A stretch of DNA of 51,206 nt, filler included, from Deltaproteobacteria bacterium (lineage in GTDB: Bacteria; Myxococcota; JACRCW01), in assembly GCA_016218805.1 (NCBI GenBank). It is 2 parts of 2 records of this genome, joined end to end, with 100 filler letters (N's around TTAATTAATTAA, not from the genome) between each part and the next. Parts side by side here need not be neighbours in the genome. Positions count along the whole stretch, not along the records: positions 1 to 19,766 come from JACRCW010000006.1; positions 19,867 to 51,206 come from JACRCW010000048.1. One strand, 5' to 3'. Under the pieces are notes generated by a model, which had not been told where the DNA came from, ran no database searches, and saw only the letters and a list, made by a program, of their open reading frames with translations. How positions within the stretch are numbered: the first letter of the stretch is position 1; each line of letters begins with the position of its first letter. Position numbers and translations under genes: made by a program. Below, one piece after another: positions 17,111 through 26,918 of the stretch.

Positions 17111-18883
17111 TCAGAACATCTTGGGCCGGTACTTGTGGGCCTTGATGACCACCTTCTCCTCCTCCTGGCCGCGCGAAAAGAACCCGCCCTTCTTCTTGCC
17201 CCGCTTGGGGTCCTTGTCCCGCGCCGCTTCCGCCCAGGCCAGCACCTTGCCCAGGTTGTTCTTGAAGGTCGGGTTGTCCGGCTCCAGTTCAATGGCGCGC
17301 TGCAGCGCCTCGGTGGCGCGGTCAAAGTCCTTCAGCCGCGTGGCCAGGACCACGCCCAGCCGGTTGTGCAGCGCGCCCACCTCGCCGTTGGCTTCCACCG
17401 CCTGCTCCAGCAACCGCACCGCCTCCTTGAACTCGCCGCGCCCTTCGGCCACCTGCGCGCTCTCAAACAGCTCCACCTCACGCGCCTTGCCCTTGGCCGG
17501 CTCCGCCGCCGCCACCGCCATCTTCTCCCATTCATCCAGCGCCTCTTTGTAGCGCGGCTCACCGGCGTCATAGATGACCGCCAGCTTGGCGTTCATACGC
17601 GCGCTGGCCACGTTCCCGGAGGCCAGGTCCTTGAGCGCCTGCTCAAAGATCTTGGCCGCCTTGTAGCGCTGCTCATGACTGATCCCGTCCGTGCGGCGCG
17701 GCGGCAGCGCGCGCGCCGGCCTGGCGGCCTCCTCCGCGGGCGGCGCCCCGCGCGCGTCCAACGCCAGCAACCCCGGCGGCCCCTCCACCGGCGCCGGCGT
17801 GGGCGGCGGCGCCTCCATGGGGAGAATCGCGTCGTCCGGGAGTTCCTCCACCAGGCTGGGCTCCCGCAGGTGCACGGGCGGCGGCGGCGCGGCTTCCGGC
17901 TCCTCCACCGGTTCACCGCGCGCGGCGGACCGCTCCCGCTCCAGCGCCGCCGTCATGGCCCCCGCGGGCAGTTCCGCCGTGAGCGGCAGGGCGGCAAACC
18001 CGGCCACGTCCGTGGGCGGCGGCGTCGCCAGTTCTTCGTTGCTGGGCGGGGGTGCGGGCGGCGGCCGCCGCGCCTCCAGCTCATCCAGCCGGACAATGTG
18101 CGAACCCTGCCGCGCCCGCGCGTCCTCCTCCCGCGTCAGGGTCTCCGGCGGCGGCGCGGTGCGCGCCCCCGGCTTGTCCACCACCTTCTTGCGCCGCCCG
18201 GACACGGAGGCCGGCGGCGGGGGCGGCGGCGGCGGCGCCACCACGGCGGTTGCCTCCGCGGCGGGCTCCGGGCGCGCTTTGCCCTTCTTGCCGCGCACCG
18301 GTGGCGGCGGCGGCGGCCGGCGCTTCTGGGACACCTCGTCCCAGGTCACCTTGGTGGCGCGCGGCTTGTCCCCCGGCGCCTCCTGGAACAGCCGCCCCGC
18401 CATGCGGATGACGCCCTTGTCCGCCAGCGTGGCCAGCGTGGTCTTCACGTCCAGGTCATCCATCCCGGACTTGCGGCGCAGCCGGTCCACCGGGCTGCGC
18501 CCGTCCACAAACGCCAGCAGGTGCCGCTCAAACGGCGTCAGCCGCAACCCGGAGGGCTCCACGCCCTCCACCAGCGCGGGGATGGCGTCCGGCGCCAGCA
18601 GCGCCTGGCTGGCACCGGAGACGTAGAAGCGCGCGTGCGTGACCTCCTTGTGCACCAGGGCGGTTTCGCCCGCGTCAAACGTTTCCAGGTTGCCGGACCC
18701 GTCCCCCAGCAACAGCGCGTCACCAAAGTCATGCCCCAGCTTCATCCCGCCCTTGCCGGGCCGGTGGTCCTTTTCGTCGTCGGTGATGTCGTCGCCCAGG
18801 AAGCTGGCGTCCAGGATGAACTCACAGTGGCCGCAGATGACGGCGTCCTGGTCCACCGCGCGTCCGCACTTGGGACAGAGCAT
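17111..18883 (-). CDS. Zinc-ribbon + winged-helix-like + Pro-rich linker + TPR protein
   Basis: CPKC...CGHC; LTPFERHLLAFVDG...LADKGVI; long Pro-rich region; C-terminal TPRs (HNRLGVVLA, AIELEPDN). Confidence 0.8.
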   Translation of the reverse strand: MLCPKCGRAVDQDAVICGHCEFILDASFLGDDITDDEKDHRPGKGGMKLGHDFGDALLLGDGSGNLETFDAGETALVHKEVTHARFYVSGASQALLAPDAIPALVEGVEPSGLRLTPFERHLLAFVDGRSPVDRLRRKSGMDDLDVKTTLATLADKGVIRMAGRLFQEAPGDKPRATKVTWDEVSQKRRPPPPPPVRGKKGKARPEPAAEATAVVAPPPPPPPPASVSGRRKKVVDKPGARTAPPPETLTREEDARARQGSHIVRLDELEARRPPPAPPPSNEELATPPPTDVAGFAALPLTAELPAGAMTAALERERSAARGEPVEEPEAAPPPPVHLREPSLVEELPDDAILPMEAPPPTPAPVEGPPGLLALDARGAPPAEEAARPARALPPRRTDGISHEQRYKAAKIFEQALKDLASGNVASARMNAKLAVIYDAGEPRYKEALDEWEKMAVAAAEPAKGKAREVELFESAQVAEGRGEFKEAVRLLEQAVEANGEVGALHNRLGVVLATRLKDFDRATEALQRAIELEPDNPTFKNNLGKVLAWAEAARDKDPKRGKKKGGFFSRGQEEEKVVIKAHKYRPKMF

Positions 18884-18973
18884 CCCGGGCCACCCGCCAA
18901 CTCAGGGCCCGCCGACGGGGCGGGCCGCAACAGGCTGTGCAGTGTGCCGCCCCCGGCCCGGCGGGTCCACCTT

Positions 18974-19531
18974 TCAGGCGGGTTCGCCTTCCTTGACGCC
19001 CACGGGCACCGGCTCCCGCTGCGGTTCCAGCAGCTCTGCCGGCGTCACCCGCCGGTAGGACCGCGGCACCGCGGGCATCCAATAGCGCTGCGTGATGCGC
19101 GGCGGCGCCAGCAGGAAGTCAATCTTCTGCGGCGTGAAGGTCCCCTGCAGCATGGTGCCCTGCTCCACCAGCTCCAACCGCAACTCCGCGAACACGTCCC
19201 CGTCCAGTTCCTTGGCCAGCGGTTCAGGGAAGTTGGCGCGCTTGAGCGCCACCACGCCAAAGTCCCTCCGCGTCAACTTGAGCTGCCGCCCCCACATCAG
19301 CCCGCTGTACTCCTGCCAGCCGCCGGTCACGTCCCGGCGGCCGCGGACAAACGGACCCAGTTGGCCCAGCGTGAGGCGTTCGCGCGGGGCCTTGTCCTCA
19401 GCATTGTCCGGGATGCGCTCCCACGTCCCGCCGACGTTGAAGAGGAACCCCACCAGCAGGCCCAGTGCCACGGCTGCCAGCAGCAGCGCGGGGACGGCCA
19501 GCTTGAGCACCGTGTCGTCCATGGAGACCAT
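18974..19531 (-). CDS. Hypothetical protein with N-terminal TM anchor
   Basis: Single hydrophobic helix followed by a beta-rich domain; GC3 bias in this frame. Confidence 0.65.
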   Translation of the reverse strand: MVSMDDTVLKLAVPALLLAAVALGLLVGFLFNVGGTWERIPDNAEDKAPRERLTLGQLGPFVRGRRDVTGGWQEYSGLMWGRQLKLTRRDFGVVALKRANFPEPLAKELDGDVFAELRLELVEQGTMLQGTFTPQKIDFLLAPPRITQRYWMPAVPRSYRRVTPAELLEPQREPVPVGVKEGEPA

Positions 19532-19766
19532 TACCCGCCGTCGTGGCGGAGCGGTGGACCTACCACGGAGCGCGCCCCGGGGCATATGCCAGTCACCGCG
19601 GCAGGTGGGCAGCGTCCGGGACGTGCGACCTGCCAGCTGACCCGGCGCGACGTGCGGGGGGGAGCAGGTCAGACCTGGGGGGGGGAGGGACGCGGCGGAG
19701 GGGGGATGGGACGCCGCGGAGCGGGGGATGGGACGCCGCGGAGCGGGGGATGGGTCCCGGCGCAGC

Positions 19767-19866
19767 NNNNNNNNNNNNNNNNNNNNNNNNNNNNNNNNNN
19801 NNNNNNNNNNTTAATTAATTAANNNNNNNNNNNNNNNNNNNNNNNNNNNNNNNNNNNNNNNNNNNN
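19767..19866. other. Assembly gap / contig-joining linker
   Basis: 44 N + TTAATTAATTAA (stops in all six frames) + 44 N. Confidence 0.97.
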
Positions 19867-20384
19867 GCGGGGGGCGCGGCGGGGGGCGCGGGCGGCGGCT
19901 CCATGGGCGGCGCGGGGGCCGGCAGCGGCGTGGTGTGTGTGGCTGGCGCGGGCTCCGGCGCGGGAGACGAACGAACGCGCGCCACCCCGGCATCCGCGCC
20001 ATCCGTGACCACGCGCATCTCCTGGGAGGCCCGCTTGCGCACGCGCAGGGAGCCCACCGCGGGGTCGGTCGGCTCCGCCAGAGAGGCAATGGCGTCGTTG
20101 GCGGCGTGCGCCAGGTTGGCCACCAGGGGTTCGCGCGCCACGTCAAACCGCAGGTCCTTGCGGTCCCGCGCCACTTCCTGCAGGCCCTGGGCAATGCGGC
20201 GGATGCCGGATTCATAGCGGGCGGTCAGCCACAGCGTGAGCAGCGTGGCCGCCACCGCCGCAAACAGGTCCACCAGCAGCGTCTGGCTCCCCGCGCCTGG
20301 CGCCGCATGTTCCACGACGACAAAGTTGAGCGCCCCGGCCACGCCGAGCAGCCCGCCCATGCTTAGCGCCACGCGCAGCCTCAT
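19867..20384 (-). CDS. Membrane protein (2 TM + HAMP-like segment + Pro-rich linker), 3' end lost in the gap
   Basis: ATG 20384 overlaps the upstream stop (ATGA); two TM helices; IRRIAQGLQEVARD...LAHAAN HAMP-like pattern. Confidence 0.6.
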
Positions 20385-20995
20385 GGTGCCGCCCGTTCCG
20401 CCGGTGCCGGGGCCGCCGCGCCCTTGAGGTAGTTCTGCCACGCGGTCACGGCGGCGGGGCCGGTCCCCATCCGCTTGCCGGTGCGCCGCTCCAGCGCCGC
20501 CTGCGCCGAACTGCGCACGCTCTCGGAGGGGTCCTCCAGCAGCTCCACCAGGGCGCCCAGGTGGTCTCCTTCAGTGCGGTTGCCGGCCACCTCAGCGGCC
20601 AGCGCGCGCACCCGCGCGTCCGAGTGCCGCATCAACGCAGTCACGGCGTCACCCCCGCGCCGGTGGGAGCGGCCGTCCTGGTAGTCCCGCAGGCCCCCGG
20701 GCAGCAGGAAGGTGATGAGCATGAGCCCAAACCCCACCTGGAAGAACGCCTTCCCCGAGGGGTAGCCGCGGTTGCGCACCAGCAGGACGCGGTCCACCGC
20801 GTACAGCAGCAGCGCAATGAAGAACACGGCCGCCGGCGCCAGCCTCGTCTCCGGCGGCAGCGAGCCATCCATGACGCGCAGCTGGATTTCCTGGTGTCCC
20901 AGCAGCGCCAGGGCGGCGCTCAGCGCCAGCGCCACGTACAGGAGGACCCGCACGCGTGACGCCTGGACGTTGGGGACTTCTGCACTCACGGACAC
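20381..20995 (-). CDS. Membrane protein with C-terminal HEAT repeats
   Basis: Three TM segments; DARVRALAAEV and LLEDPSESVRSSA HEAT-like repeats. Confidence 0.75.
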   Translation of the reverse strand: MSVSAEVPNVQASRVRVLLYVALALSAALALLGHQEIQLRVMDGSLPPETRLAPAAVFFIALLLYAVDRVLLVRNRGYPSGKAFFQVGFGLMLITFLLPGGLRDYQDGRSHRRGGDAVTALMRHSDARVRALAAEVAGNRTEGDHLGALVELLEDPSESVRSSAQAALERRTGKRMGTGPAAVTAWQNYLKGAAAPAPAERAAP

Positions 20996-21103
20996 ACCTT
21001 GCCGCGCGCGAAGCGGGGTCCGCGCGGGAGGGCGTGCTTAGCGGAGAAATCCGTGCGTGTGAAGGGGCGCCACCCGTGGCGACGAGCCCCGGCGGTCAGC
21101 CTT

Positions 21104-22453
21104 TCAGTCGCGCGGGAGCGGTCCCCAGGTGGGCGTGGAGAAGCCGCCCTCCTTGGTGAGCTGCTTCTGCACCGCACCGTCAGGGGTCATGACCCACAGC
21201 TGGTCACTCCCGGTGCGGTTGGACGTGAACGCCAGCAGGCGGCCATTGGGCGCCCAGGAGGGCTCCTCATTGTTGCCCTGGTCCTGCGTGAGGCGGTCAA
21301 TCTTCTGCGTGGTGGCGTCCACGACAAAGATGTCAAACACGTTCTTTTCATCCCGCGCGGTGAACGCGATCTTGTCCCCGCGCGGGCTCCAGTCCGGCGT
21401 CTGGTTGTAGTTGCCCTGGAACGTCATGCGGCGCGCGCTCTTGTCTCCCGCCTCCACGTCCATGACGTACACCTGCGGGGTGCCGCCGCGCGCGCTGACA
21501 AACGCCAGCCGCTTGCTGTCCGGGCTCCAGGACGGGCTGGAATCAATCTGCGGGTCCTTGGTGAGCCGCCGGACGATTTCGCCCTTGCGGTCCAGCAGGT
21601 AGATCTCCGAGTTCCCGTCCTGGGACAGCGTGACGGCAATGAGCTTCCCGTCGGGACTGACCACGCCGCCCATGTTGAGGCCCTGCCGCCCGGACAGGCG
21701 GGTGAGGCCGCCACCGTCGGCGCCCACGCGGTACAGGTCCGGGTTGCCTTTGAGGTAGGTGGTGAACACCAGGCCGGTGCCGTCCGGCTCCCACGCCGGC
21801 AGCAGGTTGAGCCCGTCCGGCAGCCCCAATGGCCGCAGGCCAAACCCGTCCGCGTCCACCATGACCAGGTCCTTGCGCCCCTTGACCTGCCGCACCGCGG
21901 CCACCTTGGAGCGCGCCACGCCAGGCTCCTTGGTGTAGTGGCGGTACACGTCGTCGGCGATGCGGTGCATCATCTTGCGCTCCGCGTCGCGGCTGCCCTG
22001 GTAGCGCGCGGTCAGCGCCTCCTTGGCCTGCCCCACGTCAAACAGGTGCAACTCCAGCGTGGACTGGTCCCCCTCCCGTGAAAACCCCACTTTCACCAGC
22101 CCCGTGGCGCCAATGTTGATCCAGTCCCCCATGTTGAAGGTGCCCAGCACCACGCCTTCCTTCTGCGCGTTGGGCAGGTAACCGGCGGGGTCCATGACGC
22201 GGAACACCCCGGAGAAGCCCAGGTCATCCCGCAGCACCTTGGTCAGGGTGGTGGCGGTGTCCATCACCGGGTCATTGGCCAGGGGGTTGACGTCAGCACC
22301 CGGCGCGGCGCCCTTGAGCACCTTCACGTTGGGCACGGCCAGCGGCAGCGTCTGGAACCCGGCCCCGGAAATGTCGATGATCGGCCCCGCCGCCTGGCCC
22401 GCCTGCGCCGCCAGGCCCCACGCCAACATCCAAGCCGCCGTCGTCAACGTCAT
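21104..22453 (-). CDS. tolB: Tol-Pal beta-propeller protein TolB
   Basis: Signal peptide; TolB N-domain (LRDDLGFSGVF, HRIADDVY); PD40 repeats (PAWEPDG, SPDG, PSWSPDS, PDWSPRG, PSWAPNG). Confidence 0.92.
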   Translation of the reverse strand: MTLTTAAWMLAWGLAAQAGQAAGPIIDISGAGFQTLPLAVPNVKVLKGAAPGADVNPLANDPVMDTATTLTKVLRDDLGFSGVFRVMDPAGYLPNAQKEGVVLGTFNMGDWINIGATGLVKVGFSREGDQSTLELHLFDVGQAKEALTARYQGSRDAERKMMHRIADDVYRHYTKEPGVARSKVAAVRQVKGRKDLVMVDADGFGLRPLGLPDGLNLLPAWEPDGTGLVFTTYLKGNPDLYRVGADGGGLTRLSGRQGLNMGGVVSPDGKLIAVTLSQDGNSEIYLLDRKGEIVRRLTKDPQIDSSPSWSPDSKRLAFVSARGGTPQVYVMDVEAGDKSARRMTFQGNYNQTPDWSPRGDKIAFTARDEKNVFDIFVVDATTQKIDRLTQDQGNNEEPSWAPNGRLLAFTSNRTGSDQLWVMTPDGAVQKQLTKEGGFSTPTWGPLPRD

Positions 22454-22546
22454 TCGTCTGCTCCTGGGGTTCAGCCCGCCCACGGGGAGCGCGTGTTTAC
22501 CCCGGGAGTGGGCCGGATGCGCAAGCCGAGCGCGCGGCGGGATGGG

Positions 22547-23539
22547 TCAGAGCGCCAGCGTGACGGGTGCGTTGGCGGTCTGCCCGGGGGCCACGTTCAC
22601 CGTGCTGGTGCCGTGGTACGCGCCGCCGGTGCCGGTGCCGGAGATCTCCACGCGCCAATCCCCCGGCACAAACGTGTGGCGCACGGTGGGGCTGGCATTG
22701 CACGCGGCGGTGAAGGTGTCCTCCACCGTGGTGCCGGCGCCGCGGTAGATGTTGACGGTGAGCTGGCTGACCCCCGTGCTGGTGCACGTGCCACCCCCGG
22801 AGAATGACCAGCTGACGTTGAGGTTGCCAAAGTTGTCCGTCACCTGCGTCAGCGTTTGCAGCCCCAGGTCCGCGGTCTGCTGCAGCGTCACGTCTACGGG
22901 AATGTCACGCGCCTGGTAGATGATGAACGGCACCATGCTCAGGTAATACAGCGCGTAGAGAGACACGTAGTACCGGCCCGCCTCCAGGTTGCGCGCGCCC
23001 GCGGGCCCAGACTCGCACTCCGGGACGGCGCTGTAGACCTCCGTCCCGCCGCTGTCGGTGACCACCACCTGCACGTGGGACACGCCGGCCAGCGTGCAGT
23101 CCTGCGTGGGCGCGGCGGGGTTCACGCGCTCAAACTGCCAGTCCACGATCAACTCGCCCAGCAGCGCGGTCAGCGTCACCTGGCCCAGGTCCGTCTCATG
23201 GCTGCCGGTGACCAGCACGTTGGCCGTGGCGGAGTACTCAATGACGTTCTCCGGGTTCACCGAGTCCAGCTGCAGGACGTAGTCGCCTTCGCGCACGTGG
23301 TTGATGACAAAGGACCCCGCGTTGCAGGCCACCAGCGTGGGCCCCAGCGAGCTGCCCCCGCTGCTGCGCGCCGACAGGGTCAGCTGCATCTGCGTGGCGT
23401 TCACATCCGCGCAGGTGCGCCCCTCCGGGAACAGCCAGGTCACCCGCACGCTCCCCTGGGAGGTGCCGCCCGTGTTGAGGATGAGGCACCCGCCGGACAA
23501 CCAGGCCACCGCCGCCACCACTCCCAGCCTGCGCAACAT
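22547..23539 (-). CDS. Lipoprotein with three tandem disulfide-containing beta-sandwich repeats
   Basis: LSGGC lipobox; three ~105-aa units each beginning G-x3-V-x-W-x-F and carrying a Cys pair. Confidence 0.75.
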   Translation of the reverse strand: MLRRLGVVAAVAWLSGGCLILNTGGTSQGSVRVTWLFPEGRTCADVNATQMQLTLSARSSGGSSLGPTLVACNAGSFVINHVREGDYVLQLDSVNPENVIEYSATANVLVTGSHETDLGQVTLTALLGELIVDWQFERVNPAAPTQDCTLAGVSHVQVVVTDSGGTEVYSAVPECESGPAGARNLEAGRYYVSLYALYYLSMVPFIIYQARDIPVDVTLQQTADLGLQTLTQVTDNFGNLNVSWSFSGGGTCTSTGVSQLTVNIYRGAGTTVEDTFTAACNASPTVRHTFVPGDWRVEISGTGTGGAYHGTSTVNVAPGQTANAPVTLAL

Positions 23540-23699
23540 GTCTGGCTCCTATGGGAACGCCCGTGCGGTTTTGACGCCGCGGTGGGCGCTTTCTTCACTG
23601 TGTAGCATGGAAGGCCGGCCGCGCTCGCTGGCCACCGTCTTGCACCGCGGGAACTGCGCGTGCCGGCGTGGTAAGCCGCCGCGCGCGGAGGTGCCCGTC

Positions 23700-24884
23700 A
23701 TGGCGGTGGTGGTGCAGAAGTATGGCGGCAGTTCGGTGGCGGACATTCCGCGGGTGAAGCGCGTGGCGCAGCTGGCCACCGGCGCACGCCGCGCCGGGGA
23801 TGACGTGGTGGTGGTGGTCTCCGCCATGGGGAAGACCACGGACGGGCTGCTCAAGCAGGCGCATGAGGTCAGCGCCAACCCGGACCGCCGTGAGCTGGAC
23901 ATGCTGCTCACCGTGGGCGAACGCATCTCCATGGCGCTGCTGGCCATGGCCATCAAGGACCTGGGGTATGACGCCATCAGCTTCACCGGGTCGCAGTCCG
24001 GCATCATCACCAATGACACGCATTCAGACGCGCGCATCATGGAGGTCCGGCCCACGCGCATCCAGGACGCGCTGCGCGCGGGGAAGATTGTCATTGTGGC
24101 CGGCTACCAGGGTGTGAGCACGCGCAAGGAGGTGACCACGCTGGGCCGCGGCGGCAGTGACACCACCGCGGTGGCGCTGGCCGCGGCGCTCAACGCGCAA
24201 CGCTGCGAGATCTACAGCGACGTGGACGGCGTCTACACGGCGGACCCGCGGCTGGCGCAGGCGGCCATCCGCATGGACGTGCTCAGCCACGTGGAGATGC
24301 AGGAGATGGCGGAGGCCGGCGCCAAGGTGCTCAACGCGCAGGCGGTGGAGTGGGCGCGCCGGGCCGGCATTGTCATCCACGCGCTCAAGACGGGTGAGCC
24401 CGGTCCGGGCACGCGCGTGGAACCCGCGCCGCCGCGCGCCTCCGGGGGCGTGCGCGCGGTGGTGCAGCGCGCGCGCGTGCTGTGGCTCTCCGGTGAGGCG
24501 CGCGCGGACGAGCTGCTGGCGTTCCTGGACGGGCACCACGCGCCGGCAGACCTGTGCTGGCTGGGCGGCGGCCGCGTCACCGCGCTGCTGCCGCTGGAGA
24601 ACCTGCACGGGCTGGAGGTGTTCGCGGCGCAGCTGGCGGAGAAGTTTGGCGGGCGGCTGGAGGCGCACACGCGCTTTGGCGCGGTCAGCCTGGTGGGAGA
24701 CGGGCTGGGCGCCAGCCACGCCACGCTGGGGAGCGCGCTGCGCGTGCTGGCTGAAGCGGGTCATCCCGTCCACCACGCGGCACACTCGGCGCTGCGCATC
24801 ACGCTGGTCACGGATGCGGACGCCGTCCCGGCGGCCGTGGCGGTGCTGCACCGCGCGTTTCTGGAGACGCCGGCGGCGCGTTGA
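23700..24884 (+). CDS. lysC: Aspartate kinase
   Basis: [46 protein letters not shown]; degenerate ACT region. Confidence 0.93.
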   Translation: MAVVVQKYGGSSVADIPRVKRVAQLATGARRAGDDVVVVVSAMGKTTDGLLKQAHEVSANPDRRELDMLLTVGERISMALLAMAIKDLGYDAISFTGSQSGIITNDTHSDARIMEVRPTRIQDALRAGKIVIVAGYQGVSTRKEVTTLGRGGSDTTAVALAAALNAQRCEIYSDVDGVYTADPRLAQAAIRMDVLSHVEMQEMAEAGAKVLNAQAVEWARRAGIVIHALKTGEPGPGTRVEPAPPRASGGVRAVVQRARVLWLSGEARADELLAFLDGHHAPADLCWLGGGRVTALLPLENLHGLEVFAAQLAEKFGGRLEAHTRFGAVSLVGDGLGASHATLGSALRVLAEAGHPVHHAAHSALRITLVTDADAVPAAVAVLHRAFLETPAAR

Positions 24885-24918
24885 CCGCGTTGTCGGCGCG
24901 CGGATAGTGACGTCACCC

Positions 24919-25686
24919 ATGCACTCCATCTTTGCGTTCCCGGTGGCCGCCCAGCAGAAGGCATCCGCCACCGACATCTCACTGTGGGACACGGTCACGC
25001 ACAGCGGCCCGGTGGTGTTCAGCATCCTGGTGCTGCTGCTGGTGTTCTCCGTGGTGAGCTGGGGGATCATTGCCCACAAGGCGGCGGCGTTGCGGCGGGC
25101 CACGCGGCAGTCCGCGTCATTCCTGGACGCGTTCTGGCAGTCCGGCCGCATGGACGCCATCTACGGGCGCGTGGAGGAGTTTGATGCCAGCCCGGTGGCC
25201 GCGGTGTTCAAGGCCGGTTTCCGGGAGTTGCAGCGCGTGATGCCCAAGGCGGGTGAAAACCGCGAAGCCAAAGCCGACGACATGCTGGGCGGCGTGGAGA
25301 ACGTGGAGCGCGCCATGCGCCGCGCCGCGGGCGCGCAGCTCACCGGGCTGGAGAGCCTCATCCCGTTCCTGGCCACCACGGGGTCCACGGCGCCGTTCAT
25401 TGGCCTGCTGGGCACCGTGCTGGGCATCATGAAGTCATTCCAGCAGATTGGCACCGTGGGCGTGGCCAGCCTGGCCACCGTGGCGCCGGGCATCTCCGAG
25501 GCGCTCATTGCCACCGCGGTGGGCCTGTTTGCGGCCATCCCCGCCGTCATTGCGTTCAACTTCTTCAACGCGCGCATCCGCGTGCTCAGCGCGGAGATGG
25601 AACAGTTTGCGGCGGACTTCATGAACATTGTCCGCCGTCACTTCATGGGCTCCGGCGCCGGGCCGGGCGCGCCCGGAGGCGCCTGA
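24919..25686 (+). CDS. tolQ: TolQ
   Basis: FLATTGSTAPFIGLLGTV and APGISEALIATAVGLFAAIPAV. Confidence 0.93.
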   Translation: MHSIFAFPVAAQQKASATDISLWDTVTHSGPVVFSILVLLLVFSVVSWGIIAHKAAALRRATRQSASFLDAFWQSGRMDAIYGRVEEFDASPVAAVFKAGFRELQRVMPKAGENREAKADDMLGGVENVERAMRRAAGAQLTGLESLIPFLATTGSTAPFIGLLGTVLGIMKSFQQIGTVGVASLATVAPGISEALIATAVGLFAAIPAVIAFNFFNARIRVLSAEMEQFAADFMNIVRRHFMGSGAGPGAPGGA

Positions 25687-25688
25687 CC

Positions 25689-26108
25689 ATGGCGTTCTCT
25701 TCGGGCTCCGGCGGCGGCTCCATGTCAGACATCAACGTCACGCCCCTGGTGGACGTGATGCTGGTGCTGCTGATCATCTTCATGGTGACCACGCCGCTGA
25801 TGGAGCAGGGCATCCAGGTGGACCTGCCGCGCACCAAGGCGCAGGCGCTCACCAGCCAGGAGCAGAAACTGGTCCTCACCGTCACCAAGGAGCGCCGCGT
25901 CTACCTGGGCAAGACGGAGATCCCGGAGAAGGAACTGCTGCAGAAGCTCAAGGCAAATGAACGCGTCAAGAAGGAGCGCGAGGTCTACCTGCACGCGGAC
26001 CAGGCGCTGCCGTATGGCGTTGTTGTCAACGTGATGGGCGTGCTCAAGCAGGCGGGGGTGGAGACCCTGGGCATGGTCACCGACCCCATGGGCGACGCGC
26101 CGCCCTAA
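25689..26108 (+). CDS. tolR: TolR
   Basis: INVTPLVDVMLVLLIIFMVT, VDLP, ADQALPYGVVV. Confidence 0.93.
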   Translation: MAFSSGSGGGSMSDINVTPLVDVMLVLLIIFMVTTPLMEQGIQVDLPRTKAQALTSQEQKLVLTVTKERRVYLGKTEIPEKELLQKLKANERVKKEREVYLHADQALPYGVVVNVMGVLKQAGVETLGMVTDPMGDAPP

Positions 26109-26147
26109 GCTGACCGCCGGGCGCACCCGCCCGTTAGGTACCCCACC

Positions 26148-26912
26148 GTGAGCCACTCCTCCGTCCCCACCAGCAGCCTGCATGCACCGGTAGTCAGCCG
26201 GCCGTTTGCGCTGTGGCTGTCCGCGTCCGTGGGGCTGCACGTGGCCGTGCTGGTGGGGTACACGCTGTGGGACGCCGCGCAGGTCCACGTCATTGATTTC
26301 CCGGACGAGCCCATCAAGGCGCAGCTGGTGAAGCTGGGCAAGCCGCGCGATCCCAAGCTGCTGCCGCGCCTGCAGACCGCGCCCAAGCCCGCCCCGGCCA
26401 AGGACACCGCGGTGCCGGTGCCCAACCTGAACTCCAAGGAGGACAAGAAGCTGGATGACCGGATGAAGGACGCGCTGCAGCGCATCCAGGAAGAGTCTGA
26501 ACGCGACAAGCAGCGTGAGGACGCATTGGCCCGCATTGCTGACCGCGTGGGCAAGGCGCAGCCCGAGGAGGACGAGGGCCAGGAGGACGGCCACGTGGAG
26601 GGCACCGCACCCACCGCCACCCAGGTCAATGCGTACCTTGGGCTGTTGGCCTCCCGCGTGAAGGCCCGCTACCAGGTGCCCTCCGTCATCACGCCGCCGG
26701 AGTGCGCGCGCCTGGTGGCCCAGGTGATGGTCCGCATGGGCCCGGACGGCGCGCTGCTGGACACCCGCATCCACAAGACCAGCGGCAATGACCTGTTTGA
26801 CTCCGCGGTCATCTCCGCCGTGAAGCAGGCCGCGCCGCTGCCGCGCCCGCCGGACAACATGATGCAGATGGTGAAGACGGGCTTTGGGTTCAACTTCCGC
26901 TGCGCGCAGTGA
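26148..26912 (+). CDS. tolA: TolA/TonB-family energy transducer
   Basis: TM helix with the S-x3-H motif (SVGLH); charged linker; C-terminal SGNDLFDSAVISAVKQAAPLP; follows tolQR. Confidence 0.85.
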   Translation: MSHSSVPTSSLHAPVVSRPFALWLSASVGLHVAVLVGYTLWDAAQVHVIDFPDEPIKAQLVKLGKPRDPKLLPRLQTAPKPAPAKDTAVPVPNLNSKEDKKLDDRMKDALQRIQEESERDKQREDALARIADRVGKAQPEEDEGQEDGHVEGTAPTATQVNAYLGLLASRVKARYQVPSVITPPECARLVAQVMVRMGPDGALLDTRIHKTSGNDLFDSAVISAVKQAAPLPRPPDNMMQMVKTGFGFNFRCAQ

Positions 26913-26918
26913 GGCGCC

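Noticed and set aside
19677..19754. G-rich 22-bp tandem repeat (GGGGGATGGGACGCCGCGGAGC) with G-quadruplex potential
   Set aside because: Only about 3 copies, at the very end of a contig where sequence quality is doubtful; no functional claim can be supported.
17045..19822. 925-aa plus-strand ORF and similar long ORFs (e.g. 8922..10712 -, 27911..29395 -, 39489..40859 +, 49701..51023 -)
   Set aside because: Antisense shadows of well-supported genes, expected in high-GC DNA; no recognisable motifs.
19767..19866. AT-rich palindrome TTAATTAATTAA as a biological site
   Set aside because: It is centred in symmetric N padding and has stops in all six frames: an artificial contig linker. ORFs ending there are artefacts.
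23540..23699. Lysine riboswitch upstream of lysC
   Set aside because: The region is short, shared with a divergent gene, and lacks recognisable L-box motifs.
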